Shown here in pieces: positions 16,063-31,930 of a stretch of DNA of 64,000 bases. Under the pieces are notes generated by a model that was given only the letters and a program-made list of their open reading frames with translations, ran no database searches and was not told where the DNA came from. Source of the DNA: the human T2T-CHM13v2.0 reference genome, Homo sapiens; NCBI RefSeq assembly GCF_009914755.1, contig NC_060934.1. The stretch is one strand, 5' to 3'. Both the position numbers and the translations under genes were made by a program. Each line of letters begins with the position of its first letter. Positions within the stretch are counted from its first letter, which is position 1.

Positions 16063-16442
16063 GTATTAGTCTGTTCTTACACTGCTATAAAGAAATACCT
16101 GAGACTGAGTAATATATAACGAAGAGTTTTAATTGGCTCACAGTTCTACAGGCTATACAGGAGGCATGGCTGAGGAGACCTCAGAAAACTTACAATCATG
16201 GCAGAGGGTGAAGGGGAAGCAGGCATGTCTTACATGGCCAGAGCAGGAGGAAGAGGGTGAAGGGGTAGGTGCTACACACTTTTAAACAATCAGCTCTCAT
16301 GAGAACTCACTCACTGTCATGAGAACAGCAAGGGGAAAATCCACCCCATGATCCAATCACCTCCCACCAGGTTCCTCCACCAACACTGGGGATTACATTT
16401 CAACATGAGATTTGATTGGGCACACAGAGCCAAACCATATCA
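16063..16442 (-). mobile_element. MSTA-like MaLR solo LTR
   Basis: TGTATTAGTCTGTTCTTACACTGCTATAAAGAAATACCTGAGACTG...CAAACCATATCA. Confidence 0.88.
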
Positions 16443-16471
16443 ATATTTTATCTTCCTAGATGGGAATTTTA

Positions 16472-16625
16472 GGCTGGCATGGTGACTCACATCTGTAATC
16501 CCAGCACTTTGGGAGGCTGAGGCAGGTGGATTGCTTGAGCCTAGGAGTTCAAGATCAGCCTGAGCAACATGGCAAAACCCCGTCTCTACAAAAAAATACA
16601 AAAATTAGCCCAGCATGGTGGTCTG
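16472..16625 (+). mobile_element. Partial AluJ (left arm)
   Basis: Left monomer plus start of right arm. Confidence 0.85.
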
Positions 16626-16769
16626 GGAAAAAAAGAGAGAGAGAGAGATGATATATCTTCAGTTAACTGTATTATGACTTACATTTGGCTACAGTTCAGT
16701 AAATTCAGGACATAAATTCTGAGGGGGTATTTAAATGTTGACACTGCCATTTATAAAAACACATATTGT

Positions 16770-17048
16770 GGCTAGGCATTGTAGCTTATGTCTGTAATCC
16801 CAGCACTTTGGGAGGCCAACGCAGGTGGATCACTTGAGGCCAGGGGTTCGAGACCAGCCTGGGCAACATGGAGAAACCCCATCTATACTAAAATACAGAA
16901 AATTAGCCGGGTGTGGTGATGCACGCCTGTGGTCCCAGCTACTCAGGAGGCTGAGGCAGGAGGATAGCTTGAACCCAGAAGGCAGAAGTTGCAGTGGGCT
17001 GAGATAGGACAACAGAGACAGACTCTCTCTCAAAAACAAAAAAAAAAA
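16770..17048 (+). mobile_element. AluS/J with a right-arm deletion
   Basis: Dimer lacking the CCACTGCACTCCAGCC segment. Confidence 0.88.
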
Positions 17049-18560
17049 TACATATTTTATTCACCCAAATTATTCTTTCGGTGCCCTCTATACCTCAGTA
17101 AGGGAAACTGCTCTATTGAAGTTCCCAAGGGAGGCCCATTACTTATATTCCCCAGTCACGCACTGAATGTCTCTATGTAAAGGAGTCAGTTAGTGACTCT
17201 GGAGAAGATACGTGTGAGAGATCAACAGGAATTGAAGAAAAGGAAACTAGTTTAAGGAGAGAAATGGGCCGAGAAGGTACCCTGGAGGAAAGCATTCCTT
17301 TTGGGATGCATCATGAATAAAAGGTTTGAGGCAGCAATGAGCTGTATATGTCTAAAGGAAAACGAGGATGCCAGCTGGAACAAAACATTTCTGTAGGGAA
17401 GGGTTGGACAGCCATGGAATGACCTAGATTGTCAGGCTGGGAAATTTGGACCAGATTCTAAAATCAATAGAAGTTACTGAAGATTTTTTTTTTTAGCTTG
17501 CCAGGAAAATGGTATTTTAGGACAATTAATCTTATAGGGGAAAAAAGAGAGACTATTTCCAAGTCAAATAATTAAAATTATTATTTTATTTTTTACAATG
17601 ATAGTGAAAAGAGGACCTTTAGAATAAGCCTTCTTAAGAAAAAAATAGAAATAAAACTATCGAAGTGACCGAGTACTTATCAACAGTGGAAGGGGGGTCA
17701 ACTTGAAATCACTACACATCGTTTCATATCAATTTTGCTTGACATAACTCTTCATTATTCAGGGTGGGCGGTCCAAAATCTTTGTTTCATAATCAGTGTT
17801 GTTCAGTTGTCAGTTTTCACTAATTTAGAATAATTACTTCATATCTACATCAAGCCTACATCTCCTATTTTGCCACTTCCAATTTTTAAAACTAGTGCAG
17901 TTTTTTGTTTGTTTTTTTTTTGTTCCTCTGCAGTGGTTTGGAACAAAAGGCAGCACTGGTAATAGCCCCTGACGAGGTTCATCTTCTTAACTGTAACAGT
18001 GAGGCAATTCAGGGGCAGACAGAGTGTCCCCCAGAGCTATGCATGGCACAGGACATGCTCAGGCCCCATGCCCACTCTGACAATGCGCGGTGCTTGGAGA
18101 AGCTTCCTCCCCACCGGGGAGATAGGCAGTTCCTCACTCCCAGAGCCCTAGCTCAGGCCAAGACTTGGATCTAAAAGGTTTGAAACCTTAATGGGGCTGG
18201 TAGAAACCAGAAAGAAAAGCTGACATCTCAAATATATATGTAGTTTCCTCTCCTGCAAAAAAATAGAAATTAGGATATATATTTGGGGCATATTGTTCTG
18301 GAAAATGAACAAAAAAAGGTTAATTTTAGATATGAAAATAGACACCAAATGAGAAAAGCTCTTTTCATGTTACTGCTCCAAACATCTAAATTGTTCCATG
18401 TTAAGTAACAGTAACAGAGAACACCCAATACACATCTTCCTGGATTATTTTATGCAGTCCTCACAGTTGACATCATGGGATGGATGTTATTATTCCTATT
18501 TTATAGGTGAGAAAACTGAGGCTAGAGCAATTATTTTAATTGCCCAAATTTAGATGATGA

Positions 18561-18962
<402 letters not shown>

Positions 18963-19024
18963 GAAAATTTTTAGAGAATTTATTTAGACTGCATTATACC
19001 TGTAAGCTACAACTTGTTTTTGTA

Positions 19025-19027
<3 letters not shown>

Positions 19028-19065
<38 letters not shown>
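19028..19065. repeat. (TG)n microsatellite
   Basis: Direct reading. Confidence 0.92.
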
Positions 19066-19067
<2 letters not shown>

Positions 19068-19965
19068 AGCTGTACAGATACTCACAGAAGATAAAAACCT
19101 GCTTTTCTGAGGAAACTTGGAAAGACATTAGATGCATTTTGTGCCACTTCAGGGCCATGTGACAAAATGAGTCACAGATCCAGGGAGGTGACAAACGTTC
19201 CATTTATATAAGGAGCCCTGCACTCCAGGACTTGCAATCAACTTAGCAGGCAATTGACCATGGTAAGGAGAAGTGGGAGGAAGAGATCAAGTACAGGTGG
19301 AGATGGTGTGGTGCTGAAACAGATGGGATATTATTATCCATATAAAAGCTGGATGTCTTGCGGTTCCTGCTCTGAAGAAGTAGTATTAAAAGAAACATTA
19401 GATCAGAGGTTGTCAAGTTCAAGTTATTAACATTTTTCCTGCTTTTCTAAAAAAATAAAATAAAATAAATAAAAAATAAAAGCTCATGACTCTGGAAGGA
19501 TCAGAAGATTTGCACAAAAAACTTTGAAAAACCCTCTCTCCCCATCTGAAAAACCCACTCTCCATAAAATGGCAGCCAGGCCCCAACCTTTCTCTGTTAC
19601 TTTTGGCTGTCATTGACACCCCGCTCTTGGCGGGTCTTGTCTCTCTTCGCCGCTGTCTCTTTCCTTTGATTTCTACTCTTTGACCTTTCCCAGGGGTAAA
19701 ACTCAGTGCTCTCTAGAGCACAGCCACACTCTGTCACTTCTCCAGTTTCTCCAAGCCCAGATCCTGCACCATAGAAGCCCAAGAACCAAGCTGAAGAAGA
19801 CAAAGTTTCCTTTAGCAGCTGTGTGAGGGGAAAGCTAGGAGCACCCACGTGTTAATATGATTTTATTTGTGTTAAATTATTGATAAGACCTGGTGAGATT
19901 GGGGTTGCTCAGTTCTGTACATCATCTCAAAGTCACCTTCTGCCTCCATTGTTTCATTAAGCAGT

Positions 19966-20553
19966 CCCCTGTAGTTCTAACACTCTGGGAGGTCGAGACA
20001 GGCAGATTGCTTGAGCCAGGAGTTCAAGACCAGACTGGACAACATAATAAGACCCATCTCTACAAAAAAGAAAAATAGGGGCCGGGCACGGTGGCTCACA
20101 CCTGTAATCCCAGCGGTTTGGGAGGCCAAGGCAGGCGGATCACAAGGTCAGGAGATTGAGACCATCCTGGCTAACACGGTGAAACCCCGTCTCTACTAAA
20201 AATACAAACAATTAGCCGGGCGTGGTGGAGGCGCCTGTAGTCCCAGCTACTCAGGAGGCTGAGGCAGGAGAATGGCATGAACCTTGGAGGCGGAGCTTGC
20301 AGTGAGCCAAGATCAGGCCACTGCACTCCAGCCTGTGTGACAGAGCGACACTCCATCTCAAAAAAAAAGAAAAATAAATCAGCTGGGCATGGTGGTGTAC
20401 ACCTGTGGTCCCAGCTACTTGGGCGGCTAAGGTAGGAGGATCAATTGAGCCTAGGAGTTGGAGGCTGAAGTGAGCTAAGATCGCACCACTGTACTCTAGC
20501 CTAGGCAGCAGAGTGAGACTCTATCTAGGAAAAAAAAAAAAAGAAAGAAAGAA
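19966..20553 (+). mobile_element. AluJ host split by an AluY/Sc (20080-20370) inserted in its A-rich linker
   Basis: Left arm, complete younger Alu, then right arm; aaaagaaaaata duplicated on both sides of the insert. Confidence 0.88.
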
Positions 20554-20637
20554 ATCCCAGCCAAAACCGGGCTTTGTTTTCCCCAGTATGCAAGTTCTAA
20601 GCTTAGGAAAAATTGCTGCTCTAAGAATTGTGAAATG

Positions 20638-20834
<197 letters not shown>

Positions 20835-21137
20835 TCAGTCTCCAGTCCTGGAGCCACACTGATGGAGCTTGATGGTTTGGATGCCGGGTGACTGAATATG
20901 GCATAATACGCCACCTCTTCAAGTCATGGTGTCCTCTTTGCAAAATTGGGATGTGGACATTCATTAGATATTATTAAATATCTACTATATGCCATGCACA
21001 TTTTGCGTTCTAGGGATACACAATGAATAAAACAGAAAAAATATCTGCCTTCATAACCATATATCCTAGTGAGATGATAATAGCTATATTCACCTCTTCA
21101 GTTATTATGAGGACTAAAATGAGATAATAACAATAGC

Positions 21138-21487
21138 TGTGACGGTCTGTCTACTGCCAAAATTCATAGGTTGAAATCTTAACCCCCAAGTTGATGATAT
21201 TAGGAGGCAGGGTCTTTGGGGCTGTGACTAGGTCATGAAGGTTCTGAATGGGATTAGTCCTGTAGTGAAAGAGGCCCCAGAAAGCTCCCTGGCCCCTCTG
21301 CCACGTGAGGGCACAGAGAGAAGACGTTGTCTATGAACCAGGCAACAGGCCCTCCCCAGACACCAAATCTGCCAGCGCCTTGATCTTGGACTTCCCAGTC
21401 TCTATAACTGCAAGAAAGAAATTTCTGTAATCTGGAAGCTACCCAGGCTATGATGTTTTGTTATAGAAGCTCAAACAGACTAAGACA
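21138..21487 (+). mobile_element. MLT1A-like MaLR LTR
   Basis: CCAGACACCAAATCTGCCAGCGCCTTGATCTTGGACTTCCCAG...AACAGACTAAGACA. Confidence 0.85.
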
Positions 21488-21557
21488 ATAGAAAACACAG
21501 ATAGTAAGATTATTATGTACCACGAATGGTTCTAAGTACTTGGCACATGTTGTCACT

Positions 21558-21870
21558 CAAGGGTTCTTTAATTTTTCTGCACTACAGGCCCTTTCTGCAA
21601 TTTAGTGGAGCATCTCCACCCTTTCTCAGAATAAGAATTCTATATGCATAAAATAGAACATATAGGATAACCAAATATACTGAGACAGCTGCCAAAAGAA
21701 TAAAAAGTAATACGGTAATAAAGATTCTTCTTTTTAAATACATTTCATAATGAGAACTGGAGACAGGTTTAACAATGCCATGACTTTGAAAAACTGATGA
21801 GCATAGATGTAATTAATTTTTCCTATTCAAGTTCACAAGTATCCAGAACTCTACCCACTGGTTTATACAT
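21558..21870. mobile_element. hAT-Charlie DNA transposon remnant (MER119-like)
   Basis: AGGGTTCTTTAATTTT...CTTTCTCAGAATAA...ATGCATAAAATAGAACATATAGGAT. Confidence 0.55.
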
Positions 21871-22034
21871 CCCGGAGTGAATCTAGTCCTCACTATAAAT
21901 CCTAGGAGATCAGTTATTAGCCCCTTTTTAACAGTTGAAGAAGCTGAAGCATGGAGAGGTTAGTTGACTTGCCTAAGTCTATAAGTGATAGAGCTGAGAT
22001 TTGAACCAATAGTCCAGTTCCAAAGCCTGTGTTC

Positions 22035-22266
22035 ACAGCTCGCTGCAGCCTTGACCTCCCAGATTCAAGTGATCCTCCCATCTCAGCCTCTCAAGTGGCT
22101 GGGACTACAGACACATGCCACTTTACCTGGCTAATTTTAATATATTTTGTAGAGATGGAGGTCCCACTATATTGCCCAGGCTGGTCTTGAACTCCTGAGC
22201 TCAAGTGATCCTCCTGCCTTGGCCTCCTAAAGTTCTGGGATTACAGGTGTGAGCTACTGTGCCAGC
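22035..22266 (-). mobile_element. AluJ lacking its 3' end
   Basis: Reverse Alu without tail. Confidence 0.85.
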
Positions 22267-22443
22267 TGCTTGTGTTCTTAACCACTATACAGTATGTGGC
22301 TTAGCACAGGGCTTGCCTCATGGTCAGAGTCAATAACATTAGCTAGTATTTGAAAGTAGTATTGTAATAAGTAGTAGAAGCATTTGTAATAGCAGATATC
22401 TAGGGAATAAGGAATAACTTGTACTGATATTAAGAACATTTTT

Positions 22444-23072
<629 letters not shown>

Positions 23073-26000
23073 TTCCTTAAAGAGAAAAATCTGGCCTGCA
23101 GTAATTAAGTTAACTTTATAGGACACGGCATAGCCCATCCTTCTCCATCTCCAGGCATGTAGAAGCTCACTGCTTTCTGTATGTGGTTACCCTATTCTGG
23201 AGCTGCACACCAAAGATTTGGGGTAGACGTGATAATGCAGAGAAACGTTTTTCAGGTGTGAAAATCTCTTATTTTTATTTATATAATCCCATATCAATTA
23301 TTGGGGTTTTTCTGTACTTCCGGGAGACACTGTCACCAAAAGACCTTTAGGAAATCAATCAGTGTGGCAGAATAAAAAGACCGCTGTTCATCTTGCAGAG
23401 AAGGGCTGCTACAAATGAAGGCAGCTGCTGTTCCTCCTTGCTACCAATTGTAAATGTGAGAAGTCAGAGGTGTGGGTACGACATTGATCCTTCAGGCACT
23501 CTATAAATATTAATTGAAGGAAGGTGTTGATAAGGCAAAGAAACTTACACTTCTACAAATGGTGACAGTCAATGCTCCGGGCTCAATTTTAAAAAGAAAA
23601 AGACAAACAAGGAAGTCCAGATCATTAGAAGGGCTTTCTTGGCAGTGCTAAGTTACAGCCATCAGCAGAGCAAGCCCTGGCTAAGGCTAATGTCACATGG
23701 TAAGATGATTTATTCTTTCCCCTAAGTCAGCCTTGAAAATACATTTTTCAAATTGCCTGTCCACAGCGTAGTTTTACTGTGACAAGGCACTCAGTTCCTT
23801 AACATTCACCTGGCACAACGCTCTCAACAGCAAAGCCAAGTGGCAGAAAGTGCTGGGCCACATTGCCAGGGTACATGCCAGTCGGTTCACCAGAGAGTTT
23901 GCAAACCCCAGCTCCCGGGCTCTGTCTGCTGCACTGATATTCTATTAAATCCCATAGACCAGAAAAAGCTTCAATGCTTAGATGCAAGAAAGAGTTGAAG
24001 TGTTCGTGGCCACTAAGCCCAGGACTCAGCCATGACAATGAACGGTATCAATGACCAGGGAAGGATATGGTGAGGACGGAGATGCCAGGAGAGTCTGGAT
24101 ACATTCCTCCCCAGGTCACCAGCATTTACTTGGGAAAGCAAAGCACATGTGACCAGCTGCACTGAAAAACACCAACGTGAACCTTCAAAGGGAAACCAGA
24201 TGGCTCTAAGCCAGGGGTAAAAATAGCTCAGCATCCAGCAAAGCCCAAACTAGGAACTGGGAAGTCTTAGAGCCTCTCAGGTTTTGATTTCAACTTGTCA
24301 AAGAAGTAAAAAAAAAAAAAAAAAAAAAAAAGTCTTAACTGTGAGAAGTTGTTTTGGAAAGAGATATTCAAAATGCAAATATTACCCCTTCTACCTAGCT
24401 CGTTTCAAATTCATTGGACTGTCATTTGCAAAAGAATTGAAAAAGATTTGCAGCTGGAAAAAAAAAATTTATATTTCTTCTCATCTGACCATAAAAAGAA
24501 AAACTGGCAAACCAGCTTAGAAACTTGATAAAGAACTTCTTCAATTCGTGGACTAATAGGAAGAGCTGGATAAAGACAGAAATAACAACTTTTGATTTTT
24601 TTTAATTTAACAGTTTTTAAAGACCCAAATATATGGATTTATCTGAGTTCTAGTTTATTTATTTATTTATTTTACAGAAGCTGTTTAATCTAGCTCCTAT
24701 TGTTCCAGCGAGGTTTCTATTTTTAACCAATGGGGGTGAATCATGCTGAGACCATCTAGGGACATGTTTAGAACATGAATTTTCAAGTCAAGAACCAAGT
24801 GAAAATTTTATTCCCAAATCAGGGCCTGGCTGCTCAGCACACTAGCAGCTATTGTGCCCTGACATTATATTCGTGAGTGTGCACTGATTGTGTCATTCAG
24901 AACAGAGGTGACTGGAAGAATTCCATGGACCAGAAAGAGCTCGGATAATAACTCCTTAAAGATAAGAGGAAATAAATGGCATTTGACTTGGGGTTCCCTC
25001 AGTCCCCTGACCTGTTGAACAAGGAAATGTTTTTGTATCTTTCAGTTGCTGAAATTGATGCAGGCTTCTGTCTCCATCCAATCAGCAAAGACGTTTTTGT
25101 CCTCATGTACAGTGTTGTTCTGTGCTGAGAACCATGAATCCTTTTCTTATTTGACTCAAACTTCTAGTGCTTCATTAATATAATACAGTCTTGGTACTTG
25201 GCTAATAAAAAAATCTCAGCTCAGTCAGATTTAATTCTGATTTTTTTAAGAAAAAAATAAAAATCTAATTACAACTGACTTTTACCTACATGCGAAGGTT
25301 CAATGTTCAAATTCACACCTTAAAAAGTATAGAATAACTGTTTTTTGAGGTCTATTTCATAGTTTTTAAATTTTGAATCTCTTGAAATTGAACATTAACT
25401 CTAGTATTCCCTCTTTTTCAGTAGGGCAGAATTTTAAATATGGCAAGGATGAGATTAATAAGCTGTAGTAAAATAAGCCCTAGTAGAGTTTAAGTTTATA
25501 AGCCCTAGTTAAGTTTATAAGTTTAAGTTATGAGCTCTGGTAGAATTCTTAGCTTTTTCTCTCCAGGTGTCAAGAGCTTACTCATAGTTAAGAGGGAGGA
25601 AAAAAGTGCTTCTGTCTTGAGACTTTTCCTTAACTAGCAAGCACTTTTTTTTTTTTTTTTGGATTAAAAGTTTGTTTACATTCCAAATAGAGTAGAAAGG
25701 CTTATGTGCTTTTCTGTTACACTGGAAAGATATTATACCAAAATTATAACTATATTGATTCATGTTTTCTTCTAATACCTTTTAGTTATATTTGCAGCGT
25801 TTACATTTTCTGTATAGCTGGCACAGATTTTGTATAAATTCAGCTTTGTTTAATGTCTATTTGTCGAAATACCATGTGACACTGATTTGAAATACTTTTA
25901 TTACATATTAAACTTTTCTACATACTGTCCTCACTATACCATTACGATGTCTCTTTCTTTTTATTGCCCCACTGTTTTCACCATTATAGCTTTTATGTTG

Positions 26001-26435
26001 CCACACTGTTTTACCATTGTTGTATATTGTAACACATTTTATTTTTATTGTGCTACATAGTAAAATGTATTATAAAGGTACTGATATTTTCTGTTCATTT
26101 CTAAAATTGCCCTGGCTACTTCTTGAACCTCTTAATGACCTGTAAACTAATCTATCAAGTCTCCTTGCCCACCTCCTTGCCTTCAATTGATTGGAATATC
26201 TTTTGATTTATTGGTTAATTTAGATAGTATCAATATTTCAAAACATTGCTTGCTCTAAAGCATTAAAATAGTCAACATTTCTAGAATATTACCTTATTAA
26301 TTCTCAAGGATTTTATGTTTCTGGTTTGTTGTTGTAACTGAGGGAATGCTGTCTCTCTTACTTGATATTTTCATTTTCTATTGTGAGCTTGGAAAAGTAT
26401 CGATTTTTACATGTTACCTTAAAAACCACTACTTT

Positions 26436-26725
26436 ACACGCCTGTAATCCCAGCACTTTGGGAAGCCGAGGCAGGCGGATCACGAGGTCAGGAGATGGAA
26501 ACCATCCTGGCTAACACAGTGAAACCCTGTCTCTACTAAAAATACAAAAAAATTAGCTGGGCGTGGTGGTGGGTTCCTGTAGTCCCAGCTACTCGGGAGG
26601 CTGAGGCAGGAGAATGGTGTGAACCCAGGAGGCAGAGCTTGCAGAGAGCTGAGAGATCGCGCCACTGCACTCCAGCCTGGGCAACAGAGCGAGACTCCGT
26701 CTCAAAAAAAAAAAAAAAAAAAAAA
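26436..26725 (+). mobile_element. Slightly 5'-truncated AluY
   Basis: 17-bp TSD aaaaaccactactttac (26421-26437 / 26721-26737); GATCACGAGG, CCATCCTGGCTAAC. Confidence 0.93.
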
Positions 26726-27331
26726 CCACTACTTTACTAATACTTTTCTAACAGTTTTTCAGCTGAGAAACTTTCCTTAATGAATAATGCAAAATTGAGT
26801 CGCATTTGTAGTTTAAATTAAATGATCAAAATGTAGAATCTGAAATGAGGATTTCCAGTAACTGAGGATATGCACATTTATATAAATCTGATTAGCTTTA
26901 ACAGCTTTATAGATTTTAACCTTGTCCAACAAGAACAATATAAATATAAAGGCTTGGGGTCTAATCCCAGCTCCTGACTAAAATGCTCTAATGATAAATA
27001 CCTTTCTCCCTTCTCTTTATTGTGAGTTTTCACATTTGTGCAGCAAAAAGAGTGATACTTCTCCTTTTCTTCCTGCTTTGAGGTAAAATAAGGATAAATG
27101 AGACAATTCGGTGAGGTGCTGTTAATAGCTTCCCAACAGGTACCACATAGCATCTACCAAACACACCTGCCATACTCACTAACAAGAATACTACTTGCAG
27201 AGTTTTCATGTTGGTAATAGTGGAGTACCTTATATCAGCTGAGCTTCCTTTCAACGACAACTATAAATGCTGAAATAGTTTTTGAAAATGATTTGAAGGC
27301 ACTGGAGGGTGACTAAAATCAGGTCAAAACT

Positions 27332-27525
27332 GAACTGTGCAATGGCACACACCTGTAATCCCAGCTGCTTGGGAGGCTGAAGGAGAAGGATGGCTTGAGC
27401 CCAGGAGTTGGGAAGAGAAGAAATTCCAAAATGTCTAAAATAGGCTCAAATAGTACACTGTGATCACACCTGTGAATAGCTACTGTGCTCTGACCTGCCC
27501 AACTTAGCAAGATCTCATCTTTAAA
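27332..27525 (+). mobile_element. FAM (fossil Alu monomer, 7SL-like) with a ~40-bp internal insert
   Basis: Retains GATCACACCTGTGAATAGC, the 7SL/FAM-type segment. Confidence 0.75.
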
Positions 27526-27704
27526 CAGAAAAGATTTTTTATTAATTTTTAGACTTTTTTAAAAAAAGCAGGAAGAGACTGGGTAAAAGCTTCACTTATG
27601 TGGCTTTTCCTCTAAGAGCACTCTCTGGCCTATGCAATATGGGGTGGCTAGAACTCAGGAAGAAAGCCACAGTCTTATTGAATTATTGGGGGATCAGAGG
27701 ATAA

Positions 27705-28032
<328 letters not shown>

Positions 28033-28049
28033 CTGATCCATCTTGTTAT

Positions 28050-28247
28050 TCTTTAACACAGTACCGTATTCATTTTGTTGCACTGAGGACAATTTGAAAT
28101 TATGTGTGTCATACTTGTTTATTTACCATCTACCCCACTAGAATATAAATTAAATGAGGGCAGAGTCATATCTACTTTGTTCACTGTTTACCTAGCTTGG
28201 GATCTAGCATCTAGCAGGTGCTCAACAAATATTTGATGAATTAATGA
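28050..28247 (+). mobile_element. L2 3' end
   Basis: CCCCACTAGAATATAAA..ATGAGGGCAG...TAGCAGGTGCTCAACAAATATTTGATGAATTAATGAA. Confidence 0.75.
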
Positions 28248-28650
28248 AAAAAGGGAAATGTCTTCAGAGTCCATTTAGACTTTCTCTGGCTTCCCATCTC
28301 AGTGGCTACTCATTGAGTGGGTCCTGCCTTCAATTAACTTCCTTCTTCTCTTCCTTTCTACACTAACCTCACTGAGGGGAGGAGCCTCAGGGAAGTTACA
28401 AGGGTAAGTTTCTAATGTCAAATGCAGGAGAAGGTCTTGGAAACTATTTTAAGTAATTATAAGTATGAATTATGATATGAATTATAAGGCAAGAAACCAC
28501 ATATGCAATATAATAGTACAATATTTAACCCTAATTGTTGGTCTCGCTCATAATTTACCCAGTCAGCCTGTGATGAGAGTTATAATACAAGCTAAAGAGG
28601 ATATTTTTAAAAAGCAATTTTCAGTTTGTAGGGTTTTTAAAAATTATTAG

Positions 28651-28947
<297 letters not shown>

Positions 28948-29316
28948 TTAAAAGATATTATCTTTATATAGAAATGAGAACAATTTGTATTCCTACAATT
29001 CATCTCCTTGGTATTGCTGAAGTCACAGGCACTAATTCCAGGTTGCAGATGTTTAGAAATTGTATTTCTGCCCTCTATAAGAGAATATAAAGCTACTGAC
29101 TCACTGGTAATTGAACAAGCATTTGCTTTGTTTATTCAGCTGTGGTACTGGTGTGGGTTATTCCTTCAACCACAGTTCTTGAGCTCCTTTCCCAGCCACC
29201 AGAAGAAATTGAGTTTTTTTCTTACAAAAAGCTGCAAGTCTTCATTTCATTAACACCACGTTTTAAGCAACTTAGATAATGTTTGAGACACGTACATTGC
29301 CAGTTTGTCAAATGTA

Positions 29317-29319
<3 letters not shown>

Positions 29320-29350
<31 letters not shown>
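29320..29350. repeat. (TG)n microsatellite
   Basis: Direct reading. Confidence 0.92.
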
Positions 29351-29353
<3 letters not shown>

Positions 29354-29746
29354 AATAAATTGCGGCTAATCTTGGGTACAGAATTTCCATTTCCCATCTA
29401 TTTCTCTAAGGGCTGTCCTAACTATATTTCCCTCTTACTTATGATGTAACTTAAAGTTGAAAGGATATCATTTAAAAATTTCAAAGCATGGGAGTTTTAA
29501 AGTTATTATTTTACAGTTGGCAGTTTACACACATTTTGTGATCTAAATAGTGCAATGGCATGAATTAGAATATAAATAGTATAAACCTGTTAGAAATAGG
29601 TATAGTTAGAAAACTTTATCATAGTATTGTGCATGTGTATAAAATCAACAGGTTTTGAGCACTTAAATTGTAGCACTTACTCTCCAATATGTTACTACAT
29701 TTAACTCTGAAACAACTCTGTAAGGTAAGTTATTATTTGCCCCCCA

Positions 29747-30099
<353 letters not shown>

Positions 30100-30179
30100 T
30101 GAATCCATTCATGTCTGGGGACACAGGCTATGCTTATGGCATTGTGAGAATTCTACTTAACTTTAACCTAATGTGTTAA

Positions 30180-30517
<338 letters not shown>

Positions 30518-30865
30518 GCTATTCTAATTCTTGAGTTCTGCAATTATACTATCCTGTTTAGCACACATCATAAATTTTCAGCTGAAGTAAATCACTCAGA
30601 AGTAACAGGAAAAGGTTACATGTAGGTCTCAGATGTTCCGTTATGCAACGTTGTACATTTGTGAAACTACAACAAGCAGGAAATACTGCAACTAAAGTCT
30701 AGTGCAAATTTGGCAGCACAGATAATTACAGTCTAATTTTCTACAATGTAACTTTTTCAAGTATTTTGCAGGAAACAGTTTCCATTTGAAAAGAGATACA
30801 TGTAGCCACATTTCCCAGTGAGACACATGTAAAGTAGGTGGAATTAATTTTTTTAAGTCTATCTA

Positions 30866-31347
<482 letters not shown>

Positions 31348-31930
31348 CTAAAACAAAGTTTTAGAACAACTAAAGGAGCAGAATAAAAGTAATCATTTTA
31401 ATTCAAGATATTATACATAAGAATAACGTGATCTGGACAAAACAAGAGAGAACATGATAGTTGGCTCCCCATCACCACTAAATACTCAACTGTTAACCAC
31501 AGCAATTGCATCCAGGATGAGATGATGGTTACGGTGTCTGAGTGAAGCTACTGTTTTGCTTCTTTCTTTAGTTGCCAAGCAACCTGTTGACCTCAATGTT
31601 CTTGTGTTTATACTCAAGTCAATGTGCTTGACGTTTATTTGTTCTGATATAAATAATTGTGTGCCCTAGTAGAGATACAAATCTACAAGGGTTAAAATGC
31701 TGTGTGGAATTTAAATATTAACACTTTCCCTTTAGGAACATCTGTTTCTCCCAGTCTTTTTCTCTTTGTGAATATCAATGTTTTATTTACACAGTTAAGA
31801 CCCTGGTGATGGGAAATATTTTAAGCTAAAGACAGAGTGGGATTCTGGTTTAGGAAGACAGACTCATCCCATACATTTTCTTTCTCACCCTTCCAAAATC
31901 CTATTGAAATGAGATAAAATATTTTAAAAT

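Noticed and set aside
27332-27525. Possible 7SL RNA gene
   Set aside because: S domain absent and sequence diverged; fits a FAM monomer
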